Below are positions 42,938 to 57,362 of a stretch of DNA of 64,000 nucleotides, piece by piece (position 1 is the stretch's first letter; every line of letters starts with the position of its first letter). Source of the stretch: Eledone cirrhosa (lineage: Eukaryota); contig OZ024741.1 of the NCBI GenBank assembly GCA_964016885.1, positions 342,798,001 through 342,862,000 of the forward strand, written 5' to 3'. The position numbers and the translations under genes were made by a program. The notes under the pieces are model-generated. The model was not told the DNA's origin. It searched no databases and worked only from the letters and a program-made list of their open reading frames with translations.

Positions 42938-43600
42938 TATATATATATATATATATTCATATATATATATATACATTATATACATGTATATATATGTGTG
43001 TATACGTACATACAAATATAGATACATACTTACGTACATATACATACATATACATACATATATACATACATATATTCATATATACATAGATACGTAATAA
43101 ATACATAATACATACATACATTCATACATACAAACATACGTACATACAAACAAACATGCATACATACATTCATACATAAAAACATACATACATACATACA
43201 TAGATACATGCATACATACATACATACATACATACATGCATACATACATACATACATACATACATGCATACATACATACATACATACATACATACATACA
43301 TACATACATACATACATACATACATACATACATACATACATACATGCATACATACATATATATATATATTTATATGGATATGAATTCCAAATTGCGATTA
43401 ACGGTATTAACGTAACCAATTGAATCAACCTTGCGTTTGAACATTCACCCAACCCAAACTCACAACCTCACTCTCTCTCTCCCACTTCCACTCTCTCTAA
43501 CTCCCTCTCGGTATATATATCTATATGTCTATATACATATACATATATATATATGTATATGTATATATAAATATATACATGTTATATATATACATATATA

Positions 43601-43708
<108 letters not shown>

Positions 43709-43810
43709 CACATATGTATATATATGTATATCATATATATATATATAGATATATATATTTATATATATATATACATATATATACATATATATATATATAC
43801 ATATATACAC

Positions 43811-43841
<31 letters not shown>

Positions 43842-43860
43842 TATATATATATATATATAC

Positions 43861-43893
<33 letters not shown>

Positions 43894-44598
43894 CGCATAT
43901 ATATACATGTATATATATATATACATATATATACATATATGCATATAATATATATATATGTATAAAATATGCACACACACATACATATATATATATATTA
44001 AGATAACTAAATACTTAGACATATTTACATCTGTATGTATATAAATACGTGCATACTTACACGCACACACACACACTAACACACATACTTTATAAATACA
44101 CACTTAAATTTTGTCATTCAAAAATTCTGACTCTATATATGTGGGAAGAGAGAGTTGTTGATTTATGTGTATATCAGTAAATTTGTGTGTATCAAATTAT
44201 TCTTTAATACAGTATTAGTGAAAAACTTTTGCTAAAATGAATTATACACACACAGCAGCACTGAAAGAATTTATTTTTTGAAAATATAAGCTCTTTCACA
44301 CAATTATGAAATGAAATATTAAGCGACATACTGATATATATGAGGACATAAACACACACACATATATACACACACATGCACAAACATACGCATACACACA
44401 CATGCACATACACATAGAGACACACATGCATATGCATCCGCACACATAAATACACACATACATAAACACACAAATATACATATACACACACATACATATA
44501 CATCTACGCACATATGCACATATGCACATACACATACACATACAGGCAAACACACCAACACACACACAGATATATATATATCTTTATATATATATATT

Positions 44599-44730
44599 GT
44601 GGAGGCACGTGGCCTAGTGGTAAAAGTGTTGGGCTTAAGACCATAATGTCGTAGATTTGATTTCTGGGCTGGGTTGCGTGTTGGGTTCTTGAGCTGAAAA
44701 TGAGTACCAGCAATAGCTGAGGATTTAACA
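44599..44730 (+). mobile_element. CORE-type tRNA SINE fragment
   Basis: tggcctagtgg box A; gttcttgagc. Confidence 0.7.
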
Positions 44731-45489
44731 CGGGTGAAAGTATGGAAAAGAAACTGAAAATGCAAATGAAGTATTTTTAAGAATATTTATTTATTTCGGT
44801 TTCACAGTTCTTATGATTTTCAAAAGTAGGATTCAGATGGAGGGAGGGTTTGTATATATATATATAGTAAAAGAATGAAGAATAACATGGTCGGCTGTAC
44901 AAAAACGACACCTTGCTATCCTATATATATATATATATATTGATAAACGGAATAGAAAATGCTGACAAATTGTTCACAGTGAAAAATAGTTTAATTAGGA
45001 ATAAGTGAGAATTAGTAATTGTATTGGTTAGTATTCAGTTTTGGTTTTAAGTTTTACCGGTTGCGCATTTCTAATGCTTTTCAAAAGTAATTTTGAGATA
45101 GAGTGTCCGTGATGTTTGCTCTGTGCTGATTAGTTTGGGGGAATTCTACCTGTTTTTATGTTAAAAAAGTGGCTCCAGCGGTATTAAAATAAGTTTTGCG
45201 CCAATTCGTGTTGCAAAAATTCTTGTGGTCAAGGAAGATACAGTATCTTCCAACGGTTTTCAACCCCTCTATATAAAATATATCTCCTCTCTGTTATAAA
45301 AACTATCTCTTTCTCTCTATCACCCATCTCTCCCTCTCATCTCCTTCCCTTTTCATCCTTTTCTCTCCCCCCCTCTCTAAATAAAATATTTTTCCCAATA
45401 TCACACATCAATCTAAAACCACTTTTCATATGTTGATTTAAAACTGCACTATCAACAAGTGTTTTTTTAGCCTTCATATCATGTTCTCC

Positions 45490-45560
45490 TGTTTTATCTG
45501 ATGAAAACACAAATATTATTATTTGATGATGTTTGTTTTTGAAATGCGCATAATAAAATA
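45490..45560 (+). ncRNA. Type I hammerhead (element ~45430-45597, paralog at 58401-58570)
   Basis: UGUUUUAU-CUGAUGA-[long AU/GU stem II]-GAAAU GCGC AUA^-AUAAAAUA. Palindromic AUGCGCAU stem III. Confidence 0.85.
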
Positions 45561-45590
45561 TATTGAACTCCTTTAACCATCTTTTGATCT

Positions 45591-45623
<33 letters not shown>

Positions 45624-45779
45624 CAAGCATATACATACACACACACACGATAGCGAAAAGAAAGGAAAACGAAATATATAACAAAACAAAACGACTTAAC
45701 AGATGTAGAAACACCAACATCAACCGAAATTCACGTAAACTGGCAAGAATAAACGCCCCCCCCCCCCTCCATTGCAAAA

Positions 45780-45811
<32 letters not shown>

Positions 45812-46224
45812 AACATTCAGCACAATAAAAAAACAATGGATCAGGATGGATGAGGAAATATATAATTGTTTCTACTTTTGGCACAAGGCCAGCAAATACA
45901 TTACTGGTACTTTATTTTATGAGGAAATATATAATATGGTGCCATCATGGTTCATCATAGCTGTTGAAGAACTCAGCACCTCCAAAAAAATTACAATCAC
46001 CTAGAAAAAAACCATATCTACGTAACCGCACCATTCAGTGAATGAATATGTGAAGTGTTTCAGCTATTGTCAGAAGAGTAAATTGGTAAAAACTTGGAAC
46101 ATAAAGTTAAATATAGACAAAAAACAATTATAAAAATACTTTCGTATAAATAAATAAAACTGACAACACGGAGAAACAAACAAGAACATTAGTAAAAAGT
46201 ACTACAGGCGTTTTTGTCCCAAGC

Positions 46225-46460
46225 CCAGAACCTGTTGAGGCCAATGCTTATCCTGGTTTCATCGACGTTAAGTGACTGAGAGTATAAGACTTCCCTCTGG
46301 ACACGACACCAGTTCACGTATTTTCAGGTGAATGAAGTGGAGTAACGTGAAATGAAGCGTTTTGCTCACGAACACAATACACCACTTGGTCCAGGAATCG
46401 AACCCATGACATTATGATAGCATGCCTAACACCTTAACAACTAGGCCATGCGCCTTCACT
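46225..46460 (-). mobile_element. tRNA-derived SINE
   Basis: Reverse complement reads gtgaaggcgcatggcctagttgttaagg..ggttcgattcc. Confidence 0.75.
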
Positions 46461-48261
46461 GGTACAGCAGATATTTTGTAAACATTTCATAATTGCAGAA
46501 GACGTCGACTTCATGAGTTTGTTGTTAATATAATCTTTCTGTGGTGGGTTTAATGCGATGTATTCTATATACAGCCATTCTTTATCTTATCTTTTCTAGG
46601 CGGTGAATTGTCAGAGTGGATAAAACCTCGGATATAATGCATTACAATATCCATGTCTGCTCTCTGTCATATGAGTTAGATTCCCGCATGGGTCAATTTT
46701 GCTTGTTATCCCTCCGAGGTCAATAAAACAAGTACCAGTCCAGTACCACGGTCGATTCTTCCCCTATGTATGTTTCTCACTTATAAACTAATACTCCTTT
46801 CTCATTCACTGGAACAAATCGGCTATGTTCAGACCTAGAGTAGAAATGCCCCCCCCCCCCCCCAAAAAAAAAAACATCGTATGTTACTGTGACGCCCTCT
46901 ACGACTCCATCAGGTTAATTCGTTAATTCACATTGTTTGAAGTGGAGAACATCTTAATTATAACTCAGTGAAACAGCTGAATTATTGTTGCTTGTTACCA
47001 TATATTTTGCCTTTGGTTATTTTTAGGCATTAATCTAAGGAGCTAATAATATAGCTTTATCGCATATTCTTTAATTTGTGTGTGTTAAACTCGGTCTGGT
47101 TCATTAATTTCTAATTAACTGTAAGTCTGTCTTTGCTTTATATTATATATACATAATAAATATCTATACACAACATAGCGTATGTTAGACAACATAAAAT
47201 ACATTTAATGCAGATATAATTACGGTTTTTGATTATGAGTCTCGCTGTTAAAATGAAAAGTGTGATCAAACTTTTGTTTTTCTCTTCTTAAACAGAAGAA
47301 AAAAAAAAGCATACGCGTTTTAGAGCTACAATGCTTTTCACCTGAAAGAACAGTAACATCACGCTTTATTGTCTTTCGACGTGTTAACAAATGTCTGAAT
47401 TGAACAATCTTGTTCATGGTTAACAAATGTATGAGACTGCCTTATTGTTATATACGTATTAGAGTGTTGTTAGGTTCTGGAACGTGCCTAATTTCTTAAT
47501 GTCCATATAGAAATGGTCTTGTATCACTTCCGGTTATGCCAGTTATGAATAGAATGGCAGACATATTGTTTAACTGCCATAATGTTTTGCAGTTTAAATC
47601 CATTTAGCATTGATAGGTAGATAATGAACATATTGTCATTTCTGACATAGTGAGTGATTTCAGATTTATTTGCTGGTATGTCTTTATACTAAAGTTCCAG
47701 ATGAGTTTCTTATTGTCATTTTCTAAGAAAACTGCAAGACCATATGAGTACCAAAGTTAGTTTTCTTAAAGCAGCTGAGATTTGGTAGCTTTGCTACGTT
47801 ATTGTTTTCAAGTATGTATTTTTCGGAAATGAGTGAGGCATCTTTATACATTTTCCTGAGATATTTTTCGGAAATAGAATGAGGCATCTTTATACATTTT
47901 CCTGAGACTATTCTCAGGAAAAGTTCCACACTAATGACATTTGTAACCTATATCGTAAGAGTTTAGGATATTCCTTTCCCTATATCAAGTTACGCTTGTC
48001 TGTCACTCTGTTGCAAATGTTGTTGATTCTGGTGTGCAATTCACGCTGGATTTATGCATCCAAGCCAGAGATAATCTTTTCTTACCTTTGTCTGGAAATC
48101 ACAATTATTAAAAATATTAATCAAGTAAAGGTAAAGCCTTGAGGTTCTGTATCACGGCTAATTTATGTGTCATTAACATGTCAGTTTCTGTCGCTACATT
48201 AAGTGCAGGCTTTGATCACCATCCTCCTCCTCATCATCATCATTAATATTATTAGTCTTAT

Positions 48262-48445
48262 TATCGGTAGAGTGTCATACAGCATGCTTTGGAGTTTTGC
48301 CTCTTTACGTTCTGAGTTCAAATCCCGCCGAGGTTAACTTTGTCTTTCATTCTTACGGGGGCCGATAAAATAAAGCACCAGTAATGCACTGGGGTAATTG
48401 CTGGATTTATGCCAAAAGTAGAAACAATATTATTATTATTATTCT
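48262..48445 (+). mobile_element. Nin/Deu-domain SINE (further copies at ~46600, 49305, 51928, 53800 and 24894 on +; 40650 on -)
   Basis: Same diagnostic motifs. Confidence 0.8.
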
Positions 48446-48589
48446 TAGTGCATGTCGCCACTGCATGACCGAACCAAGTTCAGTGTTCCCTGGGTATTGT
48501 TGTTGTAGTTGCTATTGCTGCTGTTGTTCTTCTTCTATTAATCTCATTTTTGTTGTAGAGGTTTGCTGAACAACATTGAGCAACTGTAT

Positions 48590-49290
48590 GTATGTTAGTA
48601 TATTCAGTGACTAGTTTTGTTTTTACGTATTTCTATTGTATTGCGATCACTCTGTGTTTTCAACCTTTCACACTATTTAGGATAAATCTGCTTTCGTATC
48701 TTCATATTTGAATAATTTATGAATTTCTTTCAGAAATATATTATCTTCAGTCCTATTGACTTGATACATTTCTTATATTTTCTTGATAGCCTTTGACAGT
48801 AATGTCCGGACGAATTTCCTTAATCTATCTTCCTGTCCATATGAATGTATTCCAGTATGCGGTAAATTTGTCATTCTCTAAGACTGTTTGTGTAGTGTGT
48901 GTGTCTGTTCCAACTAATTCCTCTGTGTATTCCTGAATGCTGGCTTGTTTTCTAGTGTGTGAAATATTCAACTGTGTCATGTATGTTTAGATAGTATGTT
49001 ATAGCTAAGACACGGCAGCCACAGCATATATTATCGATTGTTTCTTTACAGAATCTACACATTGTAATCGTACATTTTGTATATTCTGTTACATTATATA
49101 TATATATATATATTATTTTTGCTAAAATTTTAGATAGAAGGCTTTTGTCTTGAACCGCAAACAAACATTTTTGGACTTGTGCTACTCAGCCATTGCTAGA
49201 ATTCTTCATTATGTGGGTTAGTTTTGGTTTGTTTGGTTTGCCCAAACTGATAATACAGGGATTTTCTTGACAATCTCTTAATATGGAATT
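48590..49290 (-). pseudogene. Old R4/NeSL-like LINE 3' remnant
   Basis: FAVQD..CRFCKETIDNI..GC.VLA...Y...HDTV, followed by an IRPDI motif. Confidence 0.75.
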
Positions 49291-49990
49291 TGTAGTCTCG
49301 TTTTAAGGTGGCGAATTGACAAAGTGGGTCGAACGTTGGATAGAAGGCTTTGCGACTCGGATCTCTGCGCTCTGAGTTCATATCCTGCTAAGGTCAGCTT
49401 TGCCTTTCCTCTTTTAAAGGTCGATAAATAAAGTACCAGTCAAGTACTGGGGTCGATTTTTCCTCTATCTTTTTCTCACTTCCTCTCTACTTCTTTCTTG
49501 CTCTCTCCTAACTCCAAAAGAAATCGGCTGTGTTCAAACCTGGTGAGGAGATGGGCTCCACCAGGTTTTAGAAATTGTTCAATACAGGCCCTTGGTCACT
49601 ACGGCACCCCGTTTTAAATTTATCAGCTTTTTACTCATTACCATTAATGTTTCTCCTTTCTGTCTGCTGTCTCTTGGAGTAATTTCTACTTAAAAAAGAA
49701 GGAAATATATAGATATCTTTTTGTTCATGTTTTGCACATATTTAAATTAGACTTTATTTGAATTTAGTCTCTCTATATTACTATAGTTTTATGGTGGATA
49801 TACAATAATAGTTTTCTATTTGCAGAAGGCCTGTACGTCTTCGTATTTCTCATAATTATGACCAATCCCAGTTGGCTTTCGGCTGGTCTGTTTCAAATGC
49901 AGTTATTTTTTGTTTAGTCAAGTTAATTCAAACAGCTTCCCGTTAAGAGCATTATATGTGTCCCTTCAATCTTTCTAATTTCTCATTCTT

Positions 49991-50026
49991 TCTTCTGATG
50001 AAGGAATAGCGTCAGAAACGTAAAGA
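49991..50026 (+). ncRNA. Minimal hammerhead (weak stem II); decayed paralog at ~1850-2010
   Basis: UCUU-CUGAUGA-aggaauagcguca-GAAAC GUA^-AAGA. The loopless ACGU stem III implies a dimer fold. Confidence 0.6.
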
Positions 50027-50106
50027 CCCTCTTCCTGCTATTTCAAGCGTTAACCTAATGTATTCCTTCCATATACTGTATCGATTGTGTTGTTATTTCT
50101 GTTTAC

Positions 50107-50193
<87 letters not shown>

Positions 50194-50251
50194 GCATATA
50201 TATATATATACACACACACATATATATATGTATGTATGTATGTATATATAT

Positions 50252-50331
<80 letters not shown>

Positions 50332-50351
50332 ATATATATACATACATACAT

Positions 50352-50460
<109 letters not shown>

Positions 50461-51487
50461 TCTGCAGTATTGAGACCATTATATTATATATATATAACAT
50501 ATTACGAGAACACCTACAGTAGTGAGTTTGGGCATCTAATTCAGTTATATATATTAATATAATATTTCAGCATTTTCTTTCGCTTGTACGGGTTTGTATT
50601 CTAACTAGTTTATTAATTTGTAAGTCTATGTGTGATCTAATTCTCTTATCTCTGCATCTAAAACGATATTAAATATTTTATTACTTTCCTGGATATCTCG
50701 GTTGCTTTGGTGCATTTTCATAGATGGAAATTCGTTGCAATATCTCTGCCATATGTAATAACTATATGTAATAGGGGATCTAGGCGTTTATCATGCATAT
50801 CGTGCAACGTCAGGTGATTCAGATACAGGATATAACTAAGATATACTATAGATATACTTATAGAATACTAACTAAAACTCCATGTGTACATGTATCGACA
50901 TTTAGTATGGTTAATTATTTTCGTTAAAAATGTCATTTCGTGACAAAATATAGTGTCTTCTTGGAATATTTCCCTTTTGATATGAACCTCATCTTAATCC
51001 TCCTGGGTTCTCAGATATAATCTGTTCATTATAGATAATGAACACAACCACAAGGATATGGTCCGAACGTGGAAGAACCGAACTCCCACTGTCATCGCTT
51101 CCATTTCTCTCGCCCTCCCCATCTCTCTGTATGGTTAGCAAATGGGGTCCCACGTGCTGGCCTACCCACAGCCCCGGCGGACAGAATGGAGAAGGCGTTT
51201 CCCCGGAGGATGGTAAGGGAGATGCGCTGGAAGAGCCTTTCTATCTCGCGAGGCTCACACCTGTGGCTGGCCAGCTCAGCGCCTATGGTGGTAAGTAGGG
51301 AGGTAGCCCTAGGGCCAAGAATACCATGAATGGCTTTCGATTTTGAAATCTTTTCTTTAACATTCCCATATCGTATGTTTGATGTTTGTGGCTGTTATTG
51401 GTGCTTCCTACTCATGGGTAATGTGTATAGATTGATCGAATGAGAAACATTAACAATGGCCTTCGCTAATCAACTTATATCATGTCA

Positions 51488-51818
51488 TGTGAAGACACGT
51501 GGCTTAGTGGTTAGGGTGTTCGGTTTACGATGGTAAAGTCGGGATTTCGATTTTCGGTCCGGGCTGCGTGTTGTATTTATGAGCAAGACACTTAATTTTA
51601 CGCCGTTCCAGTCCACTCAGCTGGCAAAAATAAGTTGTACCTGTAATTCAAGTGACCAGCCATGTCACAGAGTGTCACTCTAAATCTCCGTGATATCTAT
51701 ATTACAGGTGCACGTCTGTGGAATGCTCAGCCACATGCACGTTAATTTCACGATCAGGTAGTTCCGTTGATTGAACTAACTGGAGTACACGTCGTCGAAA
51801 ACGACGGAGGGCCTCCAT
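51488..51818 (+). mobile_element. CORE-type tRNA SINE, near full length
   Basis: tggcttagtggttaggg..ttcgatt..gagcaagacacttaa. Confidence 0.85.
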
Positions 51819-52545
51819 ATGTGACGGTAGATCGTTAGTGATTAGGGTGAATGTGATTTGTTTAGTTATTTATCTGCATCTTTATATTTTGCTTCTGATT
51901 TCTATTTTCATTATTATTCAAGACCAAAGGGTGGTGGATTGGCAGTATCGATAGAGCGTCGGACACCATGCTTTGCAGCATAGAGTTACGCCCCTTTATG
52001 ATCTGAGTGCTAATCCCGCCGAGGTTAGCTTTGCCTTTCATCCTTGCGGGGTCGATAAAATAAAGTACCAGTCCCGCACTGGGGTAGATTTAATAGTTTT
52101 CCCCTCGTCCCAAAATTGCTGGCCTTGTGCCTATATAAGAAACCATTATTAGTTAAGGCTATTCCTTTTAACAAACTTTATATTTGTATAGGTTCTATAT
52201 TCCTATTCGTAGTATATCTGTTCGAAATGATACAACAAACTAAAAGCAAACATTCACATTTGAATAGTTTCTTCATTTCTTTTAGCGATATATTTTTTGA
52301 AATATTCTGTTTGCGTCAGTAAATTTTACGAATTTATATTTCACCAAAGAACATATTTTCATGTAACATGTAATATTTAATTTCAAAATAAAACCTTTAT
52401 ATTCTAATTGTTTAGCATATGGTGGATCGAAAGACATCATTCATAGATGCAGTAAAGAGAATTCACACTTTTCCAACCGACGCACTGGTTATAAAATGGC
52501 GTCTAATATTGGTTAAAATGGCGTCACCAGCGCTAATGAAATAAC

Positions 52546-52725
52546 TGTTTCTACTTTAGGCACAAGGCCAGCAATTACCCAGTACATTACTGGTACTTTA
52601 TTTTATCGACCCCGTAAGGATGAAAGGCAAAGTTAACCTCGGCGGGATTTGAACTCAGAATGTAAAGGGACGTAACTATGCTAGAAAGCATGGCGTCCAA
52701 CCTTCTACCGATACTGCCAATTCAC
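52546..52725 (-). mobile_element. Nin/Deu-domain SINE with 15-bp TSD
   Basis: TSD CGCTAATGAAATAAC at 52531-52545 and 52726-52740. Confidence 0.9.
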
Positions 52726-53348
52726 CGCTAATGAAATAACGTTGGCGCACAGAGTCGCTATTTATCATTTCTAATCTTAAAACACTGAAAAACAATGATG
52801 TTTTTAGTTTTTGTTTCATTGGAATTAATCAGTTACACATGAAAGGTTACTTCTATTCTTAAAGTTCCATGAAATTAAGGAGAATTATGGTAGATACTGT
52901 AAATGATCCTGTTACAACACATAATATAAAGATCTATTTTCTCCTTTGGACATTTTTAATGTCCTAAAAATAGTAAGAAATGAAAGGTGATCCCAAGCAA
53001 AATCTGAAAGGAGAGATCCACCTATTACTCGTCGGAAGTCAGGATATTCACATTCCTTTGAAGAAAATCCAATGAGGATGTGATCGATTATCTGAAATAC
53101 TAAGAGCAGCCAAGCTCGCTTTATACAGAATGAAGCATTATTTCAAGGAATAAAAAAAAAAGAAAAACGAAATAAAGCTCCCCAAAACATAGGATGCTTA
53201 CTGGGCTTAGAAATACAAACACAAGAGCACCCAAGTGTATGTTAAGATGAAAGCTGTGTTTGGTGATTGTGATGATGGGATAATTGAAAGTAAGGCGATG
53301 AACAAGATGTCGAATGAGGTGAGGTTTTTCTCTTACAAGTGGAGACTG

Positions 53349-53386
53349 TGATGATGATAATGATGATGACCATAATGATGATGATA

Positions 53387-53462
<76 letters not shown>
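53349..53462. repeat. (GAT)n-(CAT)n foldback microsatellite
   Basis: gatgatgat|catcatcat with no spacer at ~53427. Confidence 0.9.
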
Positions 53463-53463
<1 letters not shown>

Positions 53464-54052
53464 CACAGTTGTGATACTGATTGAAGTTAAATAAAAAAAA
53501 GAAAATGATATATAAAGGGGTTGGAAAAGATGATAATGGATACCACAGTGAAATTGATGATAGTGATGATGGGGGAAGATTCTGAGAAGGAGGGGCGTGC
53601 TGATTGATTGAGGAAAAGGTTGGGATCAGATTTTGTGGATCACTAAGAACCAAACACTAACAGTTTATCCAGAACTATTTGCGGTCTACTCAGGGAATGT
53701 GGCAGCATTTAAGCCTCATCCAATATCATGAATGTTCACTGGCAGAGCGAAAGATAATAGTAGTTGGTAGGAGGAGGGGAGGAGGTCTTGGATCAAAATA
53801 GATCGCGGATTTTCACAAGTTCTGAGTTCAAATAACACCAAGATCAACTTTGTGTTTCATCCTTCCGAGGTTGATAAAATAAAAGTTCAGTAAAATATTG
53901 TGGTCGATATAATCGATTTCCCCCAAAAGAATTGCTGATCTCATGTTTAAATTAGACATATATAACAAAAGTAATAACAACAGCAATAACAACAACAACC
54001 ACAACAATAACATCAACAACAACAACAACAACAACAACAGTATCAACAACAA

Positions 54053-54087
<35 letters not shown>

Positions 54088-54189
54088 CCAACAGTATCAA
54101 CGACAACAACAACAACAACAACAGGAATAACAATAGCGTCAGGACATCACTGATCTATATCATGACTTTTTGTAATCATGATGATTGCT

Positions 54190-56455
54190 GTATTGATAAT
54201 GTTGGTAGTGGTGTTGTAGTATCGGTGGTAGTTGTGGTAAGATCGATAGTTATGGTAGTAGTGTAAAAATGATAGTGTTGTTGTAGTAATGGTAGTATTG
54301 GTGGTAGTTGTGTTTGTTGTAGCGCTTGTGATAATGTTGGCAGTGGTGTTGTAGTAAGATCTGTGTGGGTGGTAGTTGTGGTAAGACTGATAGTGTAGTA
54401 GTAATGGTAGTATTGGTGGTAGTTGTGTTTGTTGTAGCGCTTGTGATAATGTTGGCAGTGGTGTTGTAGTAAGATCTGTGTGGGTGGTAGTTGTGGTAAG
54501 ACTGATAGTGTAGTAGTAATGGTAGTATTGGTGGTAGTTGTGTTTGTTGTAGCGGTTGTGATAATGTTGGAAGTGGTGTTGTAGTAAGATCTGTGTGGGT
54601 GGTAGTTGTGGTAAGACTGATAGTGTAGTAGTAATGGTAGTATTGGTGGTAGTTGTGTTTGTTGTAGCGGTTGTGATAATGTTGGCAGTGGTGTTGTAGT
54701 AAGATCTGTGTGGGTGGTAGTTGTGGTAAGACTGATAGTGTTTTTGTAATGGTAGTATTGGTGGTAGTTGTGTTAGTTGCAGTAAGACTATTGTGTTCTT
54801 GTGGCATTGTAGTAATAGTGGTTTTGGTGTTGTAGTTGTGGTATGACTGGTAATATTAGTAGTGGTATTGTAGTAATGGTGGTATTATTTGATGTAGTTA
54901 TGGTAAGACTGATGGCATTGGTAGTTGTGTTGTAGTAATGGTGGTAGTTGTGGTAGTTGTGGCGGTTGTGGTGTTGGTGATAGTTGTGGTAATTATAGTA
55001 GTATTTGTGGTAGTTGTGATGGTTGTGGTGTTGGAGGTAATTGTGGTAGTAATGGTAGTATTTGTGGTAGTTGTGGTAGTTGTGGTGGTTGTGGTGTTGG
55101 TGGTAGTTGTGGTAGTTATGGTAGTATTTGCGGTAGTTGTGATGGTTGTGGTGTTGGTGATAGTTGTGGTAGTTATAGTAGTATTTGTGGTAGTTGTGGT
55201 AGTTGTGGTGTTGGAGGTAGTTGTGGTAGTAATGGTAGTATTTGTGGTAGTTGTGGTAGTTGTGGCGGTTGTGGGGTTGGTGGTAGTTGTGGTAGTTATG
55301 GTAGTATTTGTGGTAGTTGTGATGGTTGTGGTGTTGGAGGTAGTTGTGGTAGTAATGGTAGTATTTGTGGTAGTTGTGGTAGTTGTGGCGGTTGTGGGGT
55401 TGGTGGTAGTTGTGGTAGTTATGGTAGTATTTGTGGTAGTTGTGATGGTTGTGGTGTTGGAGGTAGTTGTGGTAGTAATGGTAGTATTTGTGGTAGTTGT
55501 GGTAGTTGTAGTGGTTCTGGTATTGGTGGTAGTTGTGGTAGTAATGGTAGTATTTGTGGTAGTTGTGGTAGTTGTGGCGGTTGTGGGGTTGGTGGTAGTT
55601 GTGGTAATTATAGTAGTATTTGTGGTAGTTGTGATGGTTGTGATGGTTGTGGTGTTGGAGGTAATTGTGGTAGTAATGGTAGTATTTTTGGTAGTAGTGA
55701 TGGTTGTGGTGTTGGAGGTAGTTGTGGTAGTAATGGTAGTATTTTTGGTAGTAGTGATGGTTGTGGTGTTGGAGGTAGTTGTGGTAGTAATGGTAGTATT
55801 TTTGGTAGTAGTGATGGTTGTGGTGTTGGAGGTAGTTGTGGTAGTAATGGTAGTATTTGTGGTAGTTGTGGTAATTGTGGCGGTTGTGGGGTTGGTGGTA
55901 GTTGTGGTAGTTATGATAGTATTTGTGGTAGTAGTGATGGTTGTGGTGTTGGAGGTAGTTGTGGTAGTAATGGTAGTATTTGTGGTAGTTGTGGTAGTTG
56001 TGGTGGTTGTGGTGTTGGAGGTAGTTGTGGTAGTTATAGTAGTATTTGTGGTAGTTGTGATGGTTGTGGTGTTGGAGGTAGTTGTGGTAGTAATGGTAGT
56101 ATTTGTGGTAGTTGTGGTAGTTGTAGTGGTTCTGGTATTGGTGGTAGTTGTGGTAGTTGTGTCGGTTGTGATGTTGGAGGTAGTTGTGGTAGTTATAGTA
56201 GTATTTGTAGTAGTTGTGGTGGTTGTGGTATTGGAGGTAGTTGTGGTAAGACTGATACTATTGGTAGTTGTGTTGTAGTAATGGTAGTATTTGTAGTAGT
56301 TGTAGTAGTTGTGACGCTGGTGGTAGTTGAAGTAAGACTGATAATATTGGTAGTTGCGTTGTAGAAATGGTGGTATTTGTAGTAGTTGTGGTGGTTGTGG
56401 TGTTGGTGGTAGTTGTGTTGTAGTAATAGTTGTATTTGTGGTAAGACTGATGATG
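54190..56455. repeat. GT-rich trinucleotide-derived minisatellite (123-bp units at ~54270-54750, then ~50-60-bp units)
   Basis: Recurrent gtaagatctgtgtgggtgg and ggtagtaatggtagtatttgtgg. Confidence 0.9.
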
Positions 56456-56948
56456 GAGGCGTTGCTGTTCATGCCTGGTGGCTGGTAGCTGATGAGAATT
56501 ATTATTAATTGGTAATACAGGTGCCGAGTCCTTCAGAGTGGGTAGTTTGGTTTTGTGAACCAGATAAGAGAGCGAGAGAGGTAGGGAGGTAAGGCAAGGA
56601 ATTATTTTCTAAAAGACAATCTACAGATATAATCGAGCATTCATTCAGTTTTCGAGTCAGTCAAATTCACAGCCACTCAATTAATTCCATTTAAGAACAA
56701 ATCTCTCCCTCAAGCTCCTAGACATTCACTATTAACACTCGCTCTATTGAAGCTCTATCTCATCCACATTGATCCCCCATTCCACTTAATTATATTCTCA
56801 TATATGGAAACACTTCACTCAATGCCTCATTCTATTACCCTTTATTTTCTTATTTAGATTGTACTTTTTCTATCTTCTGCCAAGAACGCACCTTGTTTAA
56901 GTATGTATATGCACACATACGCACACACACAAACACAAATACACACAC

Positions 56949-56990
<42 letters not shown>

Positions 56991-57092
56991 GAGTATATGT
57001 TTCTACACGCACAAGGCGCTAAGGGACACATGTATTGTCCAACCATATGCCAGTGTGGTTCAATGGCAGGTTAATAAATTAACGAGCCAGAA

Positions 57093-57320
57093 CATATATA
57101 ATCAAGGTTTAGCAAATAAGGAAAAGTTTCAAAATAAATTAAAAAAAATTAACTTTACTTACTATGGTTACCTTTACCGAATCGGTTTCGAGTCTCAAAA
57201 ATAAACGGAGTCCATACGGCATCCGTTGCAAAGATAAACTCTCGTCAGAAGGCAACCATAATAAGTAAAGTTAATTTAAAAAAATTTATTTTGAAACTTT
57301 TTCTTATTTGCTAAACCTTG

Positions 57321-57328
<8 letters not shown>
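57093..57328. repeat. Foldback with ~80-bp arms capped by a hammerhead
   Basis: 57093-57174 versus 57249-57328. Confidence 0.9.
57165..57258 (-). ncRNA. Type I hammerhead with long stem II
   Basis: UGGUUGCCUU-CUGACGA-GAGUU...GACUC-GAAAC CGAUUCG GUA^-AAGGUAACCA. Confidence 0.9.

Positions 57329-57357
<29 letters not shown>

Positions 57358-57362
<5 letters not shown>

Noticed and set aside
47500-48060. Possible old RT remnant with a ~43-bp local duplication (47818-47907)
   Set aside because: Only faint motif resemblance; it cannot be assigned by eye.
54898-56472. 524-aa Thr-rich mucin-like ORF (and Gly/Cys/Ser- or Val-rich ORFs on +)
   Set aside because: The minisatellite is open in several frames on both strands, and the Thr frame drifts into Tyr/His frames at its edges. 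No signal peptide or domain. A mucin exon is not fully excluded without RNA data.
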